Shown: one piece after another, positions 55,308 to 64,000 of the stretch
Layout: the number at the start of each line of letters is the position of its first letter
How positions within the stretch are numbered: position 1 is the stretch's first letter
NCBI GenBank assembly: GCA_010015805.1
Contig: ML978141.1
Span: 62,001-126,000 of the forward strand
Reading direction: 5' to 3'
Origin: Rhizodiscina lignyota
Lineage: Eukaryota
Length of the DNA stretch: 64,000 bases
Made by a program: the position numbers and the translations under genes
Notes under the pieces: model-generated
What the model saw: only the letters and a program-made list of their open reading frames with translations
Database searches by the model: none
What the model was told of the DNA's origin: nothing

Positions 55308-57129
55308 ATGGATCGAGACCGAGACAGAGATCGGCGGTTAGTCTTCTCACTTTTGAGTTTATGAAATGCTTCACTCAAACAGCTTGTCTTTTGCGCGCCC
55401 ATGTGAGCTTTGTTGCAAATGCTTGGGAACGGATGCTGTTTATGTTATCTCCCATCAATCTCTATGGACTGTTGGGCGCAAGCTATTGAAGTTCACGGAA
55501 ACTGACGACCTTCCTCATGCTCAGGTACCGCGAGTCCAGCGTCGAAATGATTGGCGCTGGAGAATCGTACCGCCCGCGACGCTCCCCTCCCCGAGACTCT
55601 TATCGATCAGACCGCGACCGCGATCGCTCTCCGCCTCGAGACTCCTATCGTGACCGCTCTCCGCCCCGTCGAGGCCTTGCGGCTGCAGACACCTATGTTC
55701 CTGGCGGCCGAAGCTCTCGTCCTAGAAGCCGCTCACCAGGCGGATATCGTCGTCGATCGCGCAGCCCTCGTGCTGGCGGCGAGAGCTGGAGAGACCGAGA
55801 TCGGGACAGGGAAAGATCACCTCCGCGACGTGGATTTTCTCCTAGGGCAGATACGTACAGGCGGGATGCTCGTGATCGATCGCCGAGGCGTGGTACTAGG
55901 TATGAAGATAGAAATGCGCGGTCGCCGTCTCGGAGAGCACGCTCTCCATTGCCCTTGAAACGAAGCCGTGAGGTTTCCCCCGCTGGTAGCCATGGTTATC
56001 GTTCACCCAAGCGAGAAAGGTTCGCCTCTCCGCGAGGCAGGGATGACGAGCCAAGCTCTCGACGCGCGAGGTACACGCAGCTGTTATTTTGGGGGAAATC
56101 ATCGGATCAGATCTTACTAACAAGACTCATAGTCCTCCACGCCGTGCATACTCTCCTCCACGAGACCGCGCTTCATACCGTGGTAGATCACGTTCGCCAC
56201 GCAAAGATCCCTATGCCGAGAACAACTGGCGCCGTCGATCGCCGTCTGCCCCACGTGAACGAGGAGACTATCAGACTGCTGGCCAAAGATCCGGCAGAGA
56301 TTCAGTCGCAACTTCGAGACGCTCTTCGCCTCCGCCTGTCCACCCAAGTCGAGCAGCTTACGTCCCTATCCCTCCAGAGCCGCGATCGCCAGGTTATCGT
56401 AGGCGCTCTCCCGAACGTTCACCTCCGAGACGACGTGATTCTCCTCCACCACCTCGCGAGCCTCCCACAGGCCCTTCCATGCGCAATGGTGAGGCCAACA
56501 TCGGCAGGCCTCCGCCAACAGGACCTTCAGGAGCTCGATCCTTCTCTACTTCTACCATGACTCCACCCTCTGGCCCATCTATGTCCGCTCACAGCCGCAT
56601 CAACAACCCGATTCTCTCTGCACCCTCTCGCCCTCGCGGTGGTGGCTTCGGTGGACCACCCCACCACGCAATCCGCGACTATAACCCTGGACCCCCACCC
56701 GCCCCGCGCCGCTCATCCATGCAATTCTCCAACCCATCCTACCGCGCCCCAGGCCCGGTTCGTGGACCCCCAACCGGCCCCTCCGCCGGCCCCCGTCCCG
56801 ACCCTGGCTTCCGCGGCTCTAACAACAACACCTCGACCACGTATCCCCGCTCGCAGCGCTTCATGAACCACCTGGCTGATCTGCCTCCCATCGTGCCTGG
56901 TGGCAAGAAGATGGAAGAGCCGTACACGAATAACAAGCTCGCGAAGCTGGAGGAGGAGATGGAGAAGATGAGGCAGAACATTGCGTCGAAGGAGGCGAAA
57001 CTTAAGCCGGAGCTGAGGCAGTGGGCGAAATTGGAGAGGGAAAGTGAGAAGGCAGCATTGAAGAGTCAGCTTGCAGATGAGAGTTTGAGGGGATTGAGTG
57101 GGGAAGAGGGTGGAGGTGTGGCGTTTTGA
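55308..57129 (+). CDS. Arg/Ser/Pro-rich protein with C-terminal coiled coil, 3 exons
   Basis: MDRDRDRDRR start. Introns 55337-55524 and about 56071-56132 join the frames. Many RSRSP/RSPP repeats. Confidence 0.8.
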
Positions 57130-58592
57130 GGAGCTGGTGGAGAATGAAGGTGTGCTCTTGCTTGCTACAGGAGCGATGGAAACGGCGAAAAGAGTTTTTT
57201 TGATTACAGGATGACGAGCGAAAAAGTTGAAGAGGGCTTGCACGGCTCTTGGGAAACTTGATGAGAAAGCGTGAAGTGTGGTCTCCTCCTCAGTGGAGGA
57301 CTCGGTGACAAAGCCTGAAGGAAGTTTTTCGTGCATACTGGAGTTTCTGCGATGAAGACTGTCTACCAATTTGGCATGTAGCGGGAAGTTTCATGGACGG
57401 GTTGGAGGGTGAATCGGCTCTGGCACATGGACTCTGTTCTCGTTCAAAACCATACTCTCGGCGATAAATTGGTAGTTGGAACTGTGCATAGCGGTACTGC
57501 CTCTCGGTTGAAAATTGCTTTGCTTGCGAGAACTTTTCATTAAGTTGATAAGCATAGCGTCTGTGACGAGGAATATAGCAGTTGCTTCAAATCGAATACA
57601 CTTTAAAATGCGTTAGAAGCCACTGTCTAAGTACATACGTGCTGAATTTTCACACGTGATCGATGATACGATCAGCAGGTACCTGAGCTACCTTACCTTG
57701 ACCGCCTTGTGCAGGCTCAATCTCCTCGCTTCTCCCCTTTAACGTTTCTCGCCGCAACCATCATCGAGAAGCCCTATTTTCGTTTCCAGGCCTTCCACTC
57801 ACACTGCTACTTTCCAGCCCTATCCTTACTCATCGCCTGCCCTTAGCCCCAAGTGCTCAATGCGATGTGGTCGACGCGTCTGACGTCGCGTCGGAGATTG
57901 CACTCTTGACAGCTTCGTGGAATGGCTGCCCGATGATATTGAATTGGAAATTGGCAAAGAGGTTCAATTATAGTGGAGTGGAAAGCCGTGACTTTCTGAA
58001 TGATAATATCTCCATTTGCATGCGGTTGGCTTTTATTCTCACATTCTTCTGCTTGAGGGCTGTCCAGGTTGTTTGACGCCGGAATCACCTCTCCTTCACT
58101 TCTCGAAGTTCTCGCTCGATATGCGAAGTGGCCACTCTCATCACGCTTGCACAAAGCTCAGCCAGGCCTCATATGCAGCCATGTCTATGCTGGCTACCAT
58201 CGCTCTTCATTGGGCCATCAATTGATTCTAGCTTCATTCCTTAGCGTATTAGCGCCCTGGGTTGTAACTGCGGGAAGTACCATTGCCATTCTATCAAAAC
58301 GCAAGCATGATAACATTTCGCTTCCTGAATGGCATGGTCATACCCAGCAGAATACATTGCCGGAAAGAACCGACGTTTCCAGACCGCAACTTCCTAGTTG
58401 CGGCACTCTGGCGGAGCACCCCCCTTGGATGCTCTTTCTCGTCCATTCGTGAGTCGAGAGTCAAGAACGATGAACAGTGGGGCAGAGATTGTTTACATCG
58501 GAGGTTCGAACATGTTCTCTTCTAATTCTCCATAATGCGTTTTGGTATTCTTTAGCACTGCTCACTATCAGTTCTGCACACTCACTGCTATA

Positions 58593-61287
58593 ATGGCGAG
58601 CTTTCGTTTCTCCCTGCTCGTGTGCTGGGCCTCATGGGCGTCTCTCGCTATTTCTTCTCCATATCCTTTCAGTAATGGGCGGCTCGCACCAACACAAGTA
58701 CAACCCAGTACTGCTTTACCTAGCGTGTCCACCCTAACTCCCGTCCCTCTTGTGGATTCAGCTGCGGCACCAAAATCAGAATCCCCATCCGCACAAGTCA
58801 CATCTGCTGCTCCTTTGCCATCGAATTACATGGAAGAGCAACCATGTGCAGTGGTGAGCGCAATGGTAGCGCCACAGTTACTACTAAGTACACTTCCGGT
58901 CGTCCCCGCACAGATGGCTTGGGATTGCCTCCAGTCGGTGCCACTAAACAAGAGCGCTGCTCTAGACCTAATGGATGCGATCAAGCCGTTTCTGGAGTGG
59001 CAGACTACGACTGCGTATCTGAAGAATCCGCCCGCAGAATACGTCAAGAAGATCCAGGAGCCGACAGACGTAATGGGAAACGTGCAGAAGATCATCGAGA
59101 ACCTCAACAATGACGAATATGCAAATGAATTTGCTGTACAGTCACCCCATTTCTCCTGGCTTAAGTCTTGACAGAGAAGATTTAAGATGACTGACGAGTT
59201 ACCTAGTTTGGTTGGGACCTTTTCCAAGTAACAGCACAGACCCACGACGGCCATTTCGCCTTCATCCCCGATAGCGTCGGCTCCATATTTTCCTGGGCTC
59301 GTACTGTTCCTCTCGTTTCCATCTCCGAAGATGGCGAGAAACTACCGGTTCCATTCGCGTACGAAGACGTCTTGGAAGCATCCTTGGCTAACAGCACGTA
59401 TGATCCGTCTCCAATCATCAGAATCAATGACCAGGATGCCACGGAATTCCTAGAAAATTTAAGCCAGACTGGAAACCTGCAGGACCGAGATGCGTTGTAC
59501 AATAATATGTTTGTTGAACTGGCCCAGATCAGTTTGGGTGGCAATGGAGCGGGAAGGGGGATGTTTGCTGGAGGCGGACGCGGCAGGTTCATTTATCCAG
59601 GACTAGATACTGTGCTGGAATTCGCAAACGGCATGTTGATGTCTTTTCACACACCTGCGAACTGAGGACACAGCTGACGTTTGGAAAGGAACGTCCATGA
59701 GATACTCAAATATCGCAAAGGTGCTCACGACTTTCATTGACGTAACCGATGGGCGGAGCCTCTACCAGGAATACTTTGTTCCACTGATACCCAATCCTAC
59801 CGTTGATCTGATCAACAACCCAACATCTGAACCTACTCTGTCTTTCTCATTCACCTCATCTAAAGCAACATCGACACCAACGCCAGTACCCGCTCCAGGT
59901 TTCCCAAAACCTATCTTCCGCTTCAGTGAGAATTTTAATGGCGGCTACTACCTTAACGGGGAAGGTTACGAGGATATCGCTGTGCTCAACATCGCCGGCT
60001 TCCAGGGTGGCGACACCGTTGCACAGGATCAAGAATTCCAAAACGTCAACACCAACTTCCTCCAAAAGGCCAAGGCGGACGGCAAGACCAAGCTCATTAT
60101 CGACCTCTCAGCCAACGGAGGTGGCACCGTGATGCAGGGATACGATATGTTTAAACAACTTTTCCCGGAGTTGGAGCTTTACGGGGCGACTCGTTTCCGT
60201 GCGCATGAAGCAGCCAACATTATTGGTGATATATTTTCGGTTGCTGCGGCACCGTTTCCGCGTAGGCCGAACCCGCTGGACCTGAATATCGTGGCTGTCA
60301 TTGCAAGCCCATTCAACTTTCGGTCGGATATTGGCGAGGAAGGCGACCCGTTTGCACATTGGGATACCGGAAGTGCGCAGAAGTATGATGAACGATCGTA
60401 CAATAATGACAGCTTCACCGGTATTATCCGTTGGGACTTATCCGATCCTTTGATCGAGCTCACGAGCGGTGGAATCAACGTTACTGGCTATGGCAATCGG
60501 ACGAGTTTCATGCAACCATTCGCAGCGGAGGATATCGTCATGGTTTACGATGGGTACTGCGCGAGCACGTGTGCTCTCTTCAGTGAGATGGTGAGACAAC
60601 AAGCTGGTGTTAAGACAATTGCCTTTGGAGGACGCAGCAACAAGAATATCATCCAAGCCGTTGGTGGCGTAAAGGGAGCCAACGTGTACACATGGTCAGC
60701 GATACAGACAATGGCCGAGAGTGCTTTCAATTATTCAAGCCCCGAAGATGGGGTAAGAAAAACCTTATATATCGATCTCCTTTTGATATCACTGCATCTG
60801 CAACCAAGGGCTGATATCTTTGGAACCTAAATAGCAACAAATGAAGAACACCGAGCTCGGCCGCTACACTTCCTTCCTCCCCTTCTACCGCGCCGCCAAC
60901 TACCCTACAGTCAACTCTCGCGACGCTCTTCGCCAGGGCGATACCTCCGGCACCCCGCTCCAGTTCCGCTACGAGCCTGCTGACTGTCGCATCTTCTACA
61001 CTGCCGAAATGACGTTCGACATTGCCGCGAGCTGGAAGGCTGCGGCGGATAGTATGTGGGGCAAGAAGAATTGGTGCGTTGCGGGCGATCTGGGCCAGGA
61101 TACTATTGAAAGGATGCCGACGTCGATGGCGCGGAATGGGGAGAGGACGGTGGAGGAGATGAGCACAAAGTTGGTAGTAGAGAGGACGTTGGGGGTGGAG
61201 CAGTATGAGAGTTTGAAGAAGGGGATGGAGGTGTGGACGGACCAGGTGTCGAGGTTTAAGGAGGCGCAGGGGCTGATGGTGCCTTGA
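58593..61287 (+). CDS. Secreted peptidase S41 family protein, multi-exon
   Basis: Signal peptide, 'CLQSVP','WQTTTAYLKNPP','HDGHF', IIDLSANGGG, catalytic-region DGYCASTC, 'PLQFRYEPADCRIFYT'. Confidence 0.9.
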
Positions 61288-61558
61288 GGTTGCGCAAGGG
61301 GTGGATCTGGACGGTCTTTCTTTTTGGCTTAATCGTTCCTGTTGTTCTTGTTCTTGTCGGAAGTGATGTAACTGGTGTCACTACGACTCATTGTTAAATG
61401 TTCATGACAAAAGCATAAATGCAGTAATTCTTCGATCCTGGTTGCAACCACAATCGATATACAGTGAAAATCCAATAAGCCGTGCTGCCGTCTCCAATGA
61501 CTCCTCAACTCAGCTGCAAACGGCCGGAAGACGTGAAAGGCACAGGCCCAAATAGATT

Positions 61559-62054
61559 TCATCCTTCCGGGCTTTGCGTATAAAGTTTATGTTTACGAGA
61601 CTCCTCTCTGCCGCAGATATTGGCGGCAAGAGTGTCCAAAGGAACAGCAGAGCTGGATGTGCAATCCATGTCGTTTCTCTCTTCCAGATCTGCTTCGGAA
61701 CAGCAAACTTCCATCGACCAATCGCCGTCATCTTCTTGCTGTTCGTCCTGGCATTGCCAGCCGAGTATCCCAAGGTCTCCTGTGATACTGGACATTAGTA
61801 TCACAGTCGGCCAACATTCGAGACGCAGCTTACCGACCATTGTGGTCCATCATATCTCGGTAGCATCGGGCGTCGGATTCGTCTTGCCGTAACGAAGCGC
61901 ATAGAAGGTCAAGTTCTCTCGCCAGATCATCAGATTGTGAATGTGTCCAGGGCTCGAGGTCTCCTAAATTGTCTTCGTTGTCGTGCGATATTCCATGTTG
62001 CACCAAATGTGAAGGATAGTAATAAAGTTCCTTAGATGGAATGGCAGAATCCAT
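61559..62054 (-). CDS. Small acidic hypothetical protein, 2 exons
   Basis: ORF 61830..62054 joins ORF 61559..61840 in frame through a canonical GTAAGC..CTAAT..CAG intron (about 61789-61833). Confidence 0.5.
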
Positions 62055-63349
62055 AGCTATTGGAGCAATGTGAATTGTTTTAATTAAGAAGGAATGTATT
62101 CAGTTTCAGCTACTGATATGATGATATGATACCAAAGGTTCGAGAATATATCAGAAATAATCAAAGTAACCCGAGAACCATATGTATCAGAGTTAAATTG
62201 AGATCATACTTGTTTGCCAACTCGACAGTGTATAAATCCCATAGTCATACATCTCGGCATGCTCAATTGAGGTATCAACATTTAGTATCGATCCCACATG
62301 ACCAAACCAACCGGTCCAAGGAGAAAGGATGTGGGATCACTACAATAACTCGCCGAATAAATGTGTAGCATTGACTCCGAGACAGTGATCAATGTTCTGG
62401 ACGACATTTGATGAGTTGTTCAGAGTTGTTCAGATTTTCCCGAGTCTCCTTTTCGTGACTTGCAACCGGTATAAGCTTCTCACGAAGCTTATCCTTTTAG
62501 TTCGCTCAACGTTTCCTCGAGCGCACTACCATTGGCTGCAAAAGCGGAGAACTGATGCACCTGATCTCAATGATGGTGGACTCTGCTGATGAACGGCTTG
62601 AACATAATGCATGCGACGGAAGGGAGTGAACAATAGAGGGCTTGATATTCGACTCGCAAGAAAGAGAAAAATCGTGAAATTCTAATACTGGGCGTATCGG
62701 CCTCAGCTCTTTTTCAATGTTTCGAGGAAGCTCATTTACGAGGCTGTTTAGACTCCTAGAGTATCAGACTATGTTCTGCCCATTGCAAGAGGCCGTATTC
62801 CCGCTTGGGGGTGGCGCTTCTGGTCTTGCCAATAAAATGAACTTCTTAGCGAGAAAATGAAGAATCAGGAGAGGATTGGTTGATGCCTTAAAATTGATTG
62901 TGTGTTCGAGGGAAGCCGGAAAGAAATGAGTGAAATTTCTGACCGGTGTAGAAAGGTCTCGGGTCTCTGACCGGTGTGGAAGAATGCGGCCGAAATCGGT
63001 CTAGTGCGCGTTTTGCAGCAGAAGTCCGATGCAACTTCTTCATCCGAGAGTGAGACGACAGATATTTTACTAACGTAATAAACAGGCCATTCAAGCCCCG
63101 GCGTTATTATCCACAAGCTGGACAGATTGCAGAGCTATGGAGGAAGGATTGACCTTGCAAAAATCAAGAATGGGATTACCAGCCTGACTACATGGCACTG
63201 GGAACTCAAAAATGCTTATTGAGGATTAGTATATGCTGGCACCTAAGTATATGGCATAATAATTTTTCTGTATAATCTGCGTGGAGCGGAATAGAATGTT
63301 ATAGGGAGGAGTGTCATTCAATCATGCGTCTCCTTGATTTCCTATTACC

Positions 63350-64000
63350 TTAGACGTACTCCCGGAGAGGTACATCATTGATCGTTCCCTCGTCAAAATC
63401 AATCGCTATCTCTCTGGGCTGCCAATCGTCCTCATACATTTGGGATATGAAGTAGAGCTCGTGTTCGTACAGCCCAATGTCTTTCGCTATACGGAAATCG
63501 TCCCCTGTGCGGCGGAAGTTAGCCGTACATTATTGTCCTTGAATGGAAGGTACTTACTTTTCTGCTCAACAAGTTCTTTAGTTCGCATCAAGAACATAAC
63601 CTCCTTTTCACTCATCGCGGCAAATGGCGTGGCGTGACGTCTTCGCCAGTCAAGCTTGAACGGGTCGCATGGTTGCGTGCGGTAGTGGTAGTGAGAAAGA
63701 AAGACATTGGCGGCGTGATGGCGCTCTTGTACAAAAGCAGGCATTGCATAGCGACGCTGTTTGTAGAAGATCAGTCGATAATAGTAATCCTTCGGAGTAC
63801 TGAAACTTACTTTCAAGCCATGCTTCCTTGCATTTTTGTAATTTTCGTTTGATATTCTCGCACAACTGTGCATTGACATGAAGGTTATGAGGTAAACTGT
63901 CATCCAAGTGCTTGGCTTGTTCGACAGGATTAATTTCTGCAGATCTTCCAGGACCTTCTTCCGTAGAGGTTGCAAGACTCCCAGGGTGAGGATCATGTCG
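63350..64000 (-). CDS. 3' end of a conserved-looking fungal protein, probably a Zn2Cys6-type transcription factor C-terminus (partial)
   Basis: 'WMTVYLITFMSMHSC','HHAANVFLSHYHY','LYFISQMYEDDWQP'. Two GT-AG introns keep the frame to TAA 63350-63352. Confidence 0.65.

Overview
This is eukaryotic DNA from a filamentous ascomycete: short GT-AG introns with CTRAC branch sites and repeats with RIP-like decay. It holds about 22 protein-coding loci. These include QCR10, proteasome alpha5, mitochondrial ClpX, glycogen branching enzyme, ATP synthase beta (ATP2), plasma-membrane H+-ATPase (PMA1), SF3B2, S10 and S41 peptidases and several oxidoreductases. Top observation: intron 6 of ATP2 is a 1497-nt spliceosomal intron (the other five are 49-82 nt). 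It carries an intact same-strand 406-aa ORF with a GIY-YIG-like nuclease domain and two C2H2 zinc fingers, which is the architecture of a homing-endonuclease intron but in a spliceosomal intron of an essential nuclear gene. Second: ATP2 is bracketed by two copies of a non-coding, TSD-flanked retroelement whose exact 5' end folds as an HDV/CPEB3-like ribozyme, and one copy is internally inverted. Also seen: a MITE, a three-gene cluster (hydrolase, aldo-keto reductase, Zn2Cys6 factor) in which every gene has a lesion, and a decaying mucin-like gene. All calls come from reading motifs by eye; no searches were run, and exon boundaries are manual.
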